Origin: Gnetum montanum
Lineage: Eukaryota > Plantae > Gnetophyta
Direction: 5' to 3'
DNA length: 64,000 bases
NCBI GenBank assembly: GCA_015680685.1
Contig: MNCI01002011.1
Coordinates: 694,470-758,469, forward strand
Positions 36,640-49,100 of the stretch are shown one piece after another; position 1 is the stretch's first letter; the number at the start of each line of letters is the position of its first letter. The position numbers and the translations under genes were made by a program. The notes beneath the pieces are model-generated. The model saw nothing but the letters and a program-made list of their open reading frames with translations. It was not told the DNA's origin and ran no database searches.

Positions 36640-37497
36640 AGTTAAGTGTTCCAACAACGAGGGTTTCTACAGCTTTGAGTGTTCTTGTAGTGAGGGTTTC
36701 TACATTAATCTAAGGTAACAAGAGGTCTTACATTGATATTACGTGCAATGCCATTAGATTAAGTTGGTGATCCTTTAGGTAGAACCATTGTTTCTTTACC
36801 TTTCTACAAATTTTCTCATGATTTATATGAATCTATTACTCATGAAATTTCTAAAAGATATGTTTTCATGCAAATTATAAATTATTTACTTCATTTCTCA
36901 AGTTTTTTGAATCATTTAAATTTGGTTTCAAAAGATCAAGGTTTGGATATTGTCCATTCTTGTTATTTGTCAAACTCATTTTTGTTGGTAGAATTTGTTG
37001 ATTTGACAATAGTTTCTAAGGCCCTTGATGTTGGTGTTTTTAATCACCATCATGCATTATTGATTATTTGAAAGTAGGCTCCCTCTTTTAATCCAACATC
37101 TCCTAAATTCTAAAAAGTTCCTTATTTTGTTAAATTGCTGAATCTTCCATTAATTTTTGAAAAGGTTGAAAGGGATATCATATCTCATATTGGACCAATT
37201 AAGCATTCTGAGATCCTCACTTCAGCTAATGGTTTTTGCATGATTTGATATATGATTAAAGTAGATCTTGATTCGCTTAAGTAAGAATATCTTCTACATG
37301 TAAGAAGAATTGATTATGTGTAGAAGGTTGTTCATTATAATATTCTAAAGTCATATCACTATTGTCATCATGAGATTCACATGTTTCATTCATGTCTTTT
37401 TATGCTACACAAAAATGCAATGCAAGCACATTAGCAACAAGCTATTGTAAATGCTACTAAGGTTTTTTCTACTAATGTTAAAGATTCTATTAAGGTT
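36640..37497 (+). mobile_element. L1-clade LINE, 5' part (decayed ORF1)
   Basis: Decayed zinc knuckle YHYCHHEIHMFHSC near 37353; continues after the AGGTT TSD at 53621. Left boundary approximate. Confidence 0.6.
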
Positions 37498-38371
37498 TGA
37501 TGAGCGGCAAGGTACCCCTACACCCAACCATACAAATCACAAGCATTCATGTGCAATTCAGTCGAATTCCACAAACTATAATTACTAAATAGTGTGTGTG
37601 TTGTTTGTTCATTGTCTTCCCAATCCCACTTGTGGATTGCAATTGTATGGTTAAGTGTGACTGAGGCATAAGATTTTTATTATTTTGTGTTTTTATGGAA
37701 TTACTTACCTAGAACAAGAATAAAAGTAAGAGTGATTAAAAGTAAGATCGATTAATTGCTTAGTAAATTATCATCTAATCTAGCCTAACACAAGTAACCA
37801 TTCCCACTTCCTGAACACATCCTGAACTTTGTGCAAACACTACTGGACTATCAAATACTAGTTGTTTCTGAGCTACCAAGTGTCACACATATGCTTGAAG
37901 GGGTCATGCTTGTGTATCTTAATAAGTTGCTTGATTAATCAAAATTAATTACTACATAAATAACATTAATGTAAATTGCATAAAATCACAATATATATAT
38001 AAATGCATAAGAAAGAAAGTCTCAAGCGCTGCAAGGAATGAACCAAAGAGTTCATCTTTATTACTAATGCAATGGTGCACTTAGGTACATCAATGCTTAA
38101 ATAAAGGTTCGTTCACACTTAGATCTCCTGCTGCAGGCACTTGGAAAATATTCTAACTCTCAAATGAACAAACTGCAAGAGTTTCCCCACTTGAATGCCA
38201 AAAAATTCCTCCCAATTGTGTGCCTAGACACTATATTTATAGACCAGGGAGTAACCCTGTGATATCGAATGTATGATATTGCATCTTGGACCACAATATC
38301 ACGTACCCAATATCGTGTACTCGATATCGCAGCCACTCCGATATCAGAGCATTGAGAAACATGATTTATCA
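37498..38371 (-). repeat. 3' LTR of element A (874 bp)
   Basis: TGATAAAT...GCTCATCA on the minus strand; TATAAATA at 38241-38234; GATATC array. Confidence 0.92.
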
Positions 38372-39829
38372 TACCCCCATGATTGAATGAAAACTCATCC
38401 TCGAGTACAGAAGAAGAGGGACAAGTCCTTTACAAAATATATTAGGGGGTGTGGACTTATTTGATTGACATGCAGAGTGACACAGAGAAAATAGACAAAT
38501 ACAAAAGTGCCCGAGCATACAATATTACAATTGTGTACAAAATTGAGTGTTCATGACAATAGTAAAGAACACCAATGGATCCAAAGGACATCCAACCCCT
38601 CTTGGAAATAGAAGAATGAGGGAGAGGTAGAAGAGATCCAGCAGTTATGAACCATCTCCTACGAGTGGTATGGTTGCATCTTCCTTGGTGACAACAGTCC
38701 CACTTCCAATCCATGCTTCCCACTGCAGTCACAACAAAACCAAGGATTAATATATATAGTGTACAGATAATGGTTGAATACCTTGTCTCGTCTGTGAGTT
38801 TATCTAGCCAAGTTGTGATTGTGATAGATTAGTTGCTTGATATTGTTAGTGGAAAAATTAACAAATGGGTTAAGTAAGAGAAGTGATCCATAAAATTCAG
38901 AAAAAATCTTAACATAAGGAATACTAGAAAGAGGGTATTCACAACAACAAAAAGGAGTTCATTACAAATAGTTGTGAATGTATGTACAATTGGATGATAT
39001 GGATGGGGTAAATAAAAAGAATTTGATTGTAACAATGTCTAAGGGTAAAGAACTTAACTTAACCAAATTAAAAGATATGCAAGTGAGTCCTCCCCAAAGT
39101 AGGAATAGGCCTTTTATGCCTTTTCATGATCTCATTTGTCTCCCTTTTCTTAACTTACTTCTCTAGATCCATTTTTGTCATTAGATCCATTTTGACCAAA
39201 ACTTGGATTATGGATTGTGGATTGTACATTCTGGTTGAGGGATCCTTGAACAAAGTCAAAGAGAGGAGAATCACTAAAGAAGTGGTTGCCTTCATCAATT
39301 GGGCCAAGTGGAGGTGGAAATATGTTTGACCCCTTGCCCTTCACAAGCTCGTGTTGGTGCTCTAGTTGACGATCCCTTAATCTTTGTGCTTCAGTGGGAT
39401 GATAATCCCTTGAGTCAAGATCTCACATCTCGTATTCTCCATGAAGATGTTGAAGCCCGTGTCATGAAAGCATTAGCTAGAGCATTGTTCAAATAGATTA
39501 GTTAGGCGACAACACAATGTTTCCTTCCATATCATCCCACCAGATCAGTTCATCTTGATGCAAGATGAAGGTAAAGTCTAGTACATACTCATTAGGATGA
39601 GCATATGCCATCTGATATTGTTGAGGCACTTGAATTGCCCTGAATGGAGATGGTCCCCTATGAGAAGAAGCCATTTTGTGTTAATAAATAATGTGAAGTT
39701 GAGTTTTAATTTAATGATAATAAATTTTTGTTGTAGGGTTTGACTCTTAGGGTTTGAACAATGAGGTTACTAAGTTTCACTGGGTTTAGATAGTGCATGA
39801 AGAACTATAGTCCTTGGCAACGGTGCCAA

Positions 39830-40269
39830 TGATGAGAAGCAAGGTACCCCTATGCCCAACCATACGAATCACAAGCATTCATGTGTAATCCGATCGAATT
39901 CCATAGACTATAATTACTAAGTACACTAGAGCTAAACATTGTGTGCATGTTGTTCATTCATTATCTTCCCAGTCCCACTTGTGGAATGCAATTGTATGGT
40001 TAAGTGTGACTAAGGCATAAGATTTTTATTATTTTGTGTTTTTATGGAATTACTCACCTAGAACAAGAATAAAAGTAAGAGTGATTAATTTCTAAGTAAA
40101 CTATAGTCTAATCTAGCCTAACACAACTAACCCTTTCCACTTCCTGAACACATCTTGAACTTTGTGCAAAAACTGCTAGACTATCAAACGCTAGTTATTG
40201 CTAAGCTACCAAGTGTCACATGTATGTTCAAAGGGGTCATGCTTTTGTATCTTAATAAGTTGCTTGATT
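39830..40269 (-). repeat. 5' LTR of element A, PBS-proximal piece
   Basis: Colinear with 37498-37937; adjacent to the tRNA-Asp-type PBS. Confidence 0.9.
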
Positions 40270-40283
40270 CGTATGGTTGGGCA

Positions 40284-40876
40284 TAGCATAAGCAACCAAT
40301 CCTATCTTCCATGCACATCCTGAGCATATCCTAACCACCACTGGGTTACCAGACATTAAGCATCACTGGGTTACCAAGTGTTTGATATATGCTTGAGATG
40401 GTCATGCCTATGGTTCTTATAAAATATGAAAAGAACAATAAACATAAAGTGATAGTAATAAAGGACTTTGGAATGCTTAAAATGTTGAAATATTAAAGTG
40501 TTTTAATGCTTAAGTAATTAAATCCAAATGCTGCAAGGAATATTCAAAAAGCTCATCTTTATTGCTGCTCACAACAATGGGCTCAGGTACATTAGTGCTT
40601 GAATAAAGAGATATACACCTTTCTCACACCTGCTATGAGCACTTAGGAAATATTCTAACTTACATGAAAAAAAAATATAAGGGCTTCACTACAACTACCA
40701 AAAAGATGCCATAAATGTTGTGGGTGTGCACATATTTATAGCGAGAGATAGACTCTGCGTTAATGGGGTTGCATTAACGCATGGATGGATACATTGATGG
40801 GGTCATGTCAACATGGCTGCATCAACGAGGCTTTATTAATGTGGCCTAGTTAACATATCAACTGAACACTTCATCA
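40284..40876 (-). repeat. Truncated 3' LTR of element B
   Basis: Colinear with ~52713-53305; ~300 bp missing. Confidence 0.9.
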
Positions 40877-41115
40877 TACCCCCACGACTGAGTGAAAACT
40901 TGTTCTCAAGTTTATTACAATTTGGAAGGTATGAAGTTATTGACAGTACACACAAAAATACACATTTACATACACACAAACTAAATTAATATATTAAGTG
41001 CCCTAGTGTATGAAATTTTTTTTACAAAATTGTGATTTTCATAGACAATGAAATCAAACACCTTGATAGCCATAGATTATCAACCTTGCCAAAATGCTAA
41101 AGTTGCTAGAGAAGG

Positions 41116-43971
41116 TCACACAGTTCCTGGTGGTGGTGGTTCTGATAAGCCTTCACTAGCTTTTGGTGCACACAGTGGTTGAGGCATTGATGATGATTGT
41201 CCTGCAGCTACTACAACTTTTGGAGGTAATCAAAAATCCTCCAACAATGTCCACATCTTCTCCTCTTTTCTTCTGGGATCGTTCATTGTCTAGGCAACTT
41301 CACCGATGTGTGCTAGAATGGGAACATCCCAAGGGCATGGAAGTACAAGAAAGAGTTTCTTCAAATTAACAAACCAAGAAGCGAATTATTTTCATTCAAT
41401 ATCAAATGCTTGGACCGATGTTTGCAATTTCTGGTAGTCATTCATTCGTCGAGCCAAGTTCTATGCAACTGTGTGTTGTCCTTCAAAATGGGTGCAAAGA
41501 ACTTCAAGTTCTACATTGGCTAATTCTAACTTTTGCTTTGTCTCTTTATGCTCTTGGAACTTGCCCTTGTATAAAGAATACAAGGTGGCCACTTATTTCT
41601 CCAAGTTTGACTATGGCCTTCCAGCTATCAGCATAGCCAGGTTTGCATAACGGAGATTGGCTAACTCCATGTATTCTGTCATCTCTTCAATTTGTAGCTC
41701 TTTGAGATGGATCTTAGCCTAGTTGTAGGTGTTAAATTCATCAAAGATGGGCTGCCACACCTCACCTCCTTCCCTGAGCTATTGGAGTGCTTGGTTCATC
41801 TTAGCCTTTGCAACTTGAATCTCTTTTTCATTGACTTCCTTTTGCAAACCCACTTGGTCCCTATAATGATTTTTTACTCATTCAAACTTAAGGGCCTCAT
41901 TTTTCCAATTGGTGATTTCAATAGCTAATTTTTGTCACAAGGCTTGAACTTCCTCCATGGACAAATTATGATTTTTAGCTACTAATCTTCTTACATTAGT
42001 GTTTACCTTGGATAGCTCCTCCTGCTATTGGTGGATAAAATCTTTCATGTGTTGATTTTCCACACCAACGTTGTGTAGGCGATGAAATTCTATGGTCAAC
42101 TTGACATTCTCCTGGTGAACCTCTGCCAAGTCCTTGTTTAGATAGTAAGAACGAGCATTTGTTAAGGACTTGTCAAAAATTGTTGACTCTTGCTCATTCT
42201 CAACTCTCTAAAGTTTGGTTTGAAGCTATTGAAAAGCTTCATCCCTGGTGAGTTCACGGTTGAGAAGAGTTGGATCAGCAAGTTGGGCCCTTAGTTGGGC
42301 AACTTCCATAGCTAAGCATTGATAATCTACTTGGGATATGTCAAGTTACCCCTCCAAGATGAGGCACTTGCCCCTTGCTGAGAGTAGTTTTGACTGAGTG
42401 GTATTGATGTTGTCCAGAAGATAAAAAACATCTGGAAGCGGTTGCTCGGTTCCCACCAGTTAGTCCAACAATTCTTCATGTTGGGCTACGTTGATTCTGC
42501 TATGTTGAGTTTCTATGGATGTCTGTACATCTCCAAGTCCATGTATATCTAGTACAGGCACCATAGGTGCATTAAGAGCCGTAGAAATTTTGTTAGCAAC
42601 CACTTCTACTGCAACCTCTTATCCTTGGTGTTGCATTACTAGGACTGTCGCCTCCTCTTCATCTTCCAAGTGCACTGAGAAAGTAGCGGCATTTCCTAAA
42701 ATTTTAGGAAATAGTTGTTGGGTGGACACCATTACTTCTTAGACACTAGGGTCTATTCTTGCAGGAACTTGTGTTCATGTGGTAGAAAACATTAGCCCTA
42801 CTCTCTCCAATAGACTTACAGATCGAGCCACTAGTTCAAGATGGATCATTGTAGGGTGGTACATCAAAGGGTCTTCTCCATCGCCAATTCCTACTGATTG
42901 CTCTTGCTAGCTCAAGAGCGATTGTGGAATCTTGTGTATGTGTTCTATGATCGTTTGTGAGCTTGACCTTGTTGTTTGTGCTGACGATGGAGGTGTTTGC
43001 TGCTCTTCCCTTATTTGCATTGTGGTAGGAGTCTTGTCTTTCATCATTTTTCACCACGAGGTAATTGGAGTATGACGAAGTATATCATTAGCATAGCATG
43101 TTATCCTTATTCGTTTGCACAACTTTCTAATTAGGCAGGGAAAGGGTAGAACTTTCCTTCCATGATCGTTTTCAACAAATCATTTTTTAATTTCAATAAA
43201 AAGTAACTATGGAAGGTTAATGGGGAGCTTCCCACTTAGAGAGATACATGCACAAGCAGAGAAGGCAATGATTTTGCTGGGTCTTACCGTTGGATTCAAG
43301 TGCTAAGATGTAATTTTTTAGTAGACTTTCTCTGTGGTGGTTAGTATTCCAAACTCCTTACGTTCTACCCCATAGCACCATCTAATCCACTCCCCTTTCA
43401 CCTCGGGGTCCGCTTATTTTGGAATCTCCACCACATCAGCTCCAGTCTCAGGCAACCCAAAAGCTTGCATGATTTCTTCTATAGAGTAAGATACATAAAT
43501 GTCCTTGATTCTTACTCTAGACCTTGGTTGCCGATTCGTCTAGAAGAGATAAGTTTCCCCTAGGTACCATTCACCACTAGAGGTGATGATTGGCCACATA
43601 GGAGAATTTTGCAGTTGGGTTTTGACTTCTTTTGGTGCATTTTCTAGAAACGGTTCAAAGTTTTACTCCTAAAGGACCATTCGTTGTAGCTCCCTCAGCT
43701 TGATAGCATCAATATAGGCTTAGGTCAGGGTGACCTCAAGTCATGGCGCTACCATTGGAGTCTCATCCCTTTGCAATTGTTCGTTAGGGATGTCCCCTTC
43801 AGGAATTTGATGAACATATTCCACATCAAGTTCTTCGTGGAGAGGGCCAGTTGCATGTGAGCCCTCCTCATGCTCTTGAAGTCATGTGCCCCATCCTCTT
43901 CCTATTTTAGGTCACTTGTCCCTTGGTTGGGATGGTCCTTCTCCCCTTGGATTCCTCGATTTAGGTGCCAT
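41116..43971 (-). pseudogene. Extra ORF2 of element B (~950 codons): plant-transposon-protein-like N-domain, coiled coil and conserved unnamed C-domain
   Basis: TGTGACTGCAG|ATGGCACCT start at 43971; INLP*LL...PFPCLIRKLC; KELQIEEMTEYMELANLRYANLA at 41703-41635; ends EPPPPGTV*. Start, motif and stop are in the same register; the internal stops inspected look like C-to-T or G-to-A transitions. Confidence 0.8.
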
Positions 43972-46129
43972 CTGCAGTCACAGCATAACTATGAATTAAA
44001 ATGTGTATAAGTTACTCAAAATGGCAATAATACACCTTCTCATTTTGGCTGGGCTATGACACTGGCACATGCATCTTGTTAGGTTCCTCAAAGTGTAGTT
44101 GAGGGGTTAGAAAAAAAAATAAAACATAATAAGTTTCCAGTTATAGTTGTTTTGTTGTTTTTGTTTTTTCTTGTCTATCCCCTAAGAGTTGTTAAGTCTT
44201 TGATAATCATAATAATTATATACCTCACTCCCCCATGATTGAGAGCATACCTCCGATAGCAAAAGGGTGAAAGAATGGTTGGATTGGGATACATGGTAGC
44301 AATGGTATGTGCTCGGTAAGAAGACCTGATGGAAAAAAATGGAAAAAATCCCCTTGCTTTGTGAACAAATGGACAATTTTCAAAGGCACAACATGGGTAT
44401 ATATAGTATTTTTGACATGCATTGACAGGGCCACGTAAACAAGGCTATGTAAACGTAGGTGGATGTGTATATGGGGCCTAGTTGATGCAAGTATTGAGCA
44501 TAGTTCATTTGCATTGACCGATGAAGTAAGGGCCCAAATATTTGGATTGGAACACAAAGTTGGGGTGATGTAAGAACTTAGAGACCAGAGAACTACCTGA
44601 TAAAAATAGGAAGAAAGATTGTCATCAAAAGAAGAGTCAAAGGTAGGAGAATGTCATAAGATAGAACTTGGCAGGTGAAGAGCCATGCGATGGATAGAAT
44701 GGAGATGATCGATGAATTATACCAAAGGGGAAGGAGATTAAAAATTGGGACCGAAGGATATGCAAGTGGGTCCTCCCCATAGTAGGCATTAGCCTCAATT
44801 GCCCTTGCACATCATCAACATAGGAGTCTGTGGGCCCCATAGTTAACTAATGGTTACCACAAGTTAATACTCACACCATGAGAACTAGCCAAAGAATTTA
44901 TGAGTTCAAGCAAGGCACAACAAATGATCAATACATAAAACCGGTAGTGAGGTGAGTAATGGGAAGCAAATGATGGAGAGAAGAGGGAGTGAAATGGAAT
45001 TCCTAAGTTTGGTCACATGAAATCCCTTGTGAAGTGTGTGATTAAGTGACCCAGTAGGAGCCATCCTTAGTTCAGACCCAAAACCAACCATGCTCAATGA
45101 CATCACATCAACATTCTAAGACTAGTCCATTTCTTTAAGGCACAATAATGCTCCCACAAACAAACATCACTCCAACAAGAGTGAGAGATAGGAAGTGAAA
45201 AAGGGGCTGAGTTAGAGGGGACAAAACAAGTCCCATAACTAATGCTTAGAGCCTGTTAGAGGCAGTCTAAGGGGTGTGCTTTAAATTCACATGTTTGTTT
45301 TATTTTTTTTTTCTTTTTCTTTTTTTATATGGGAACCACACCATGCAAATACCCATGTGGTTTTGCGTGCATTTAGTCCAAGGGGTGTGCTTTGAATCCT
45401 CATTTCATTTTTTTTCGAATGATGAGGACCACACCATGCAAGGAAAAATTGCCAAAGAACTTCCTATTATGGGAGGATATTGAAGTGGTTAAGAAGTTTC
45501 TGAGGACACTCTCACAAACAAGGGAATAGAAAAGTATGAATAATGTTGCATTCCCCTTGAAGTCATAGCCTGTTCAAATTGTTGGATCCTCCCCAAGTCT
45601 GGAACTTCACACGTAACAAATTAATTAAAGTTATTTTTAATGGAAAAGGGATTGCGTATTTCCAAAATAAGGAAAACCATGGAGTGGGTGGATGGGTGGA
45701 TGAAATGGAATCACTACTTGTTAAATGAAATGAAAGTATAATGTGACTTCCTGGAACAGAAATGCTAAGGTAGGAACTAGATATAATAGGCAGACCATAA
45801 TATGCACCATTGCAAAGAGGAACAACTGCACTAGTACATCCTGTGACAATAAGACAACTTATTAATGTGAGGTAGAAAACAACTAAAAGATAAGTACGTA
45901 TATACATATAGAAATAAATAAATAAATAAAGGAATAAATAAATAAAAAAAGGAAAAATTAAGTAAGAATGGTCAAATGTATGAACAATGTTGTAAAAGAA
46001 AACGGTGTAAAACAAAAACTTTCAAAAATAACTGAGGAGCCAGTAGAGGTTATTAGCATGGATGATGATCTTCCCCACAACTGACCTGTAAGGAGGAGAC
46101 CCAAAAAATGGAATGAGGCTGACTTTGTA

Positions 46130-49100
46130 ATTAAAGGATAGTGACATTGGTTCAGTGGAGTTCATGGAAGGGTTTTAATTTTTGCATATTGACTAATTGT
46201 GTTTTCATGGGATCCTTAGGTTTGTGGATAAGTAGGGCCTTGGATGGAAAGGTTTCAGAGACGATATAAGGTCCCTTCCATAGTGTTTGAAACTTAGTAC
46301 ATTGTAGTACATGTGTGGGGTTCCAGTAGAGTACCTTATCTCCATGTTGAAATGTTACCTTTCGAATCCTAAGATCATGAAATTTTTTATTATAGGCCTT
46401 GTGTATTTCATTTGATGATAGGGCTACTAGTCAATTCTCATCTAGCACATTCAAGTTGATAATTCATTCAAGTTGTGCTAGGGATAAGTCAAGATCCAAG
46501 TCACTGATGGTAGATAGTGTTAAGAGTTTTTCCTGAATTGGAAGTTTTGGTAGTTTCCCGTACACTAACTTGTAAGGAGAGTAGCCTATAGGAAGTTTCC
46601 ATGTTGAGCGATAGGCCGAAAGGGCATCGTTAAGTCTCATGCTTCAAGCCCTCCTATATTTGCTAATGGTCCTAGTTAGGATCTTTGTAATCTCTATATT
46701 TGTGACTTTGGCTTGCCTGTTGGCTTGGGGGTGATAGGGTGTTGTAAATTTATGTTCAACCCACAAGTGCTGCATGAGTTTATGAAAAGTATTGCCTGTA
46801 AAGTGAGTTCCATTATATGAAATGAGTGCACATGGCACCCCAAACCTATTCACAATTTGTTGTTAGAAAAATTGTGTGGCTATGGTTGAGGAACAGTTGG
46901 TGAGGGCTACCAACTCTACCCACTTGGTACAGTAGTCTACTACGATGATGATGTATGTCTTTCTGTTAGACATGGATGTGATGGGACCCATGAAGTTGAT
47001 GCCCCAAATATCAAAGGGTTCTAGTGGCTGGATCCACTGTTGAGGTCCCTTCATTCGTGTTTTCATCCCACCGTCTCTCTAACATCGTTCACAAGAGTAG
47101 ACGAACCATTGAGCGTATCTCAAGAGTGTAGGCTAGTAATATCCTACAAGCAGGATTTTAATGATTGTGCATCATCCAGCATAGTGGCCCCCACAAGGGC
47201 CCTCATGAATATCTTGAAGGACATGTAGTTTATCCTCATTAGGGATGCACCATCGAACCAAGCCATCTACACATACCTTGTAGAGGTGTTTATTGATTTC
47301 CATGAAGTTCTTGGCCCTATGAAGAAATTTTTATTTCTTTCGATGATCCCATTCCTTTGGCAATTCTTGTGTTGAGAGATAAGTAAGGATGTCACTAAAC
47401 CAAGTTGATCCTGTGGGCATTTCCTTGGTGATTGCTCTAGCAAAGAGGATTTCATCTAGAAATTGGTCGGAGAATGACTCCTCCTCTGTGTTGTCCCATT
47501 GTAACCAAGATAAGTGGTCAGCAACCACATTCTCAGTTTCCTTTTTGTCCACCATAGTAAGATCAAATACCTAAAGGATCATGAGCCACCATATGATATG
47601 GGGACTTACCATTGGTTTGTTCATAAGGAATTGGATGGCACTATGGTTAGTATGTACAAACACCTTATATCTGAGCACATAGTGTTAGAACTTTTCCAAG
47701 GTGAACACCACTACCATCAATTCCTTTTTGGTGGTGGTGTAATTGAGTTGAACACCCACAATGCTTCAGCTGGCACAGTGGATGTAATATGGATGTCACT
47801 AGTCATCCAACTATGTGAGCATAGCTCCCAATGAATAATTAGATGAGTCTGTCATGATGTCAAATGGTCTGGACTAGTTGGGTGTCCATAGAATTAGAGT
47901 CTCTACAAGGTTTTGTTTTAGTATTTGGAATGTAGACTCACATTCCCTAGTCCAAACAGATGAAGTGTCCTTTTTGTTAGTTTCAACAATGACTTGGTGA
48001 TCTTCAAGAAATTCTCGATGAAGAATCGAGAATAACAGTGTGTCCAAGGAATGATCGGACATCTTTTATAGTGCTTGGTTGATTGGTGAGTCCTTAGATG
48101 ATCCTAATTTTTTTAGGGTCTACACCAATCCTTGCTTGTGAAATTTGATGCCCCAGAACAATGCCCTCTTGGATCATCAAGTGACTCTTTTTCCAGTTGA
48201 GCTATAAATTTTTTTCCATGAATCCTTTTAAGACTTGCTCAAGGTGGGCCAAGGCTTGTTCAAACATTGCTCCATAGGTAGAGAAGTCATCCATGAAAAC
48301 TTCTACCCCATTGCCAATTTTTTGCTGAAAGATGCTAAGGACAAGGCATTGGAATGTTGCAGGTGCATCGCATAGGCCAAAGGGCATATTTTTATATGAA
48401 AAAGTTCCCTAGGTACTTGTAAATGTTGTCTTGGCCTGATCTTTGGGTGCAGTTTGGATTTGGTTATAGCCATTATAATAATCCAAAAATTTATAGTAAC
48501 AATGCCCTGCAATAGTATACAACACTTGATCCACAAATGGAAGTGGAAAGTGATCCTTGAAGGTTGCCATATTTAGTAGTCAGAAATCTATATAGACTCT
48601 CCATTTGTCATCCTTCTTTGGAACTATAATGAGTGGGCTGACCCATTCGCTATCTGTAATGGAATAGATGAACCTTCCTTTTATGAATTGTTTAATCTCA
48701 TCCTTGATTATTTGCTTCAGCTTGGGGTTCAATTGTCTTTGCAGTTGTTGTCGTGGCTTCATGGAGGGGTCGATATAGATCTGATGTTGGCATATCCTAC
48801 ACTCTGGTCAGTTCAGGATATGACCATGCAAAATTAGCCACCTATTTGTTCATCATATTTAGCAATCTCTTCTTTTGTTCAGGAGCAAGAGTGGCATTGA
48901 TGATTACTGGCTTGCCGTTCTGCAAGAAGGCATACTCCAGATTGGCTGGTAATGGTTTCAATTCCAAGGGCTCTTGTCAAAAGCTTTCAGGGATTTGTAG
49001 CTTTCCCCAATCATCACTATCATCAATAGTGGAGACTTGTTGATGGACCTTTTTCAATTTATCCATGCTTTCCATATAGGGACATACAAGGCGCTTAGAT

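Noticed and set aside
41180-41380. RING-finger-like Cys/His pattern on the minus strand
   Set aside because: It lies in an alternative frame with several stops; the frame conserved with 10900-11198 is a different one.
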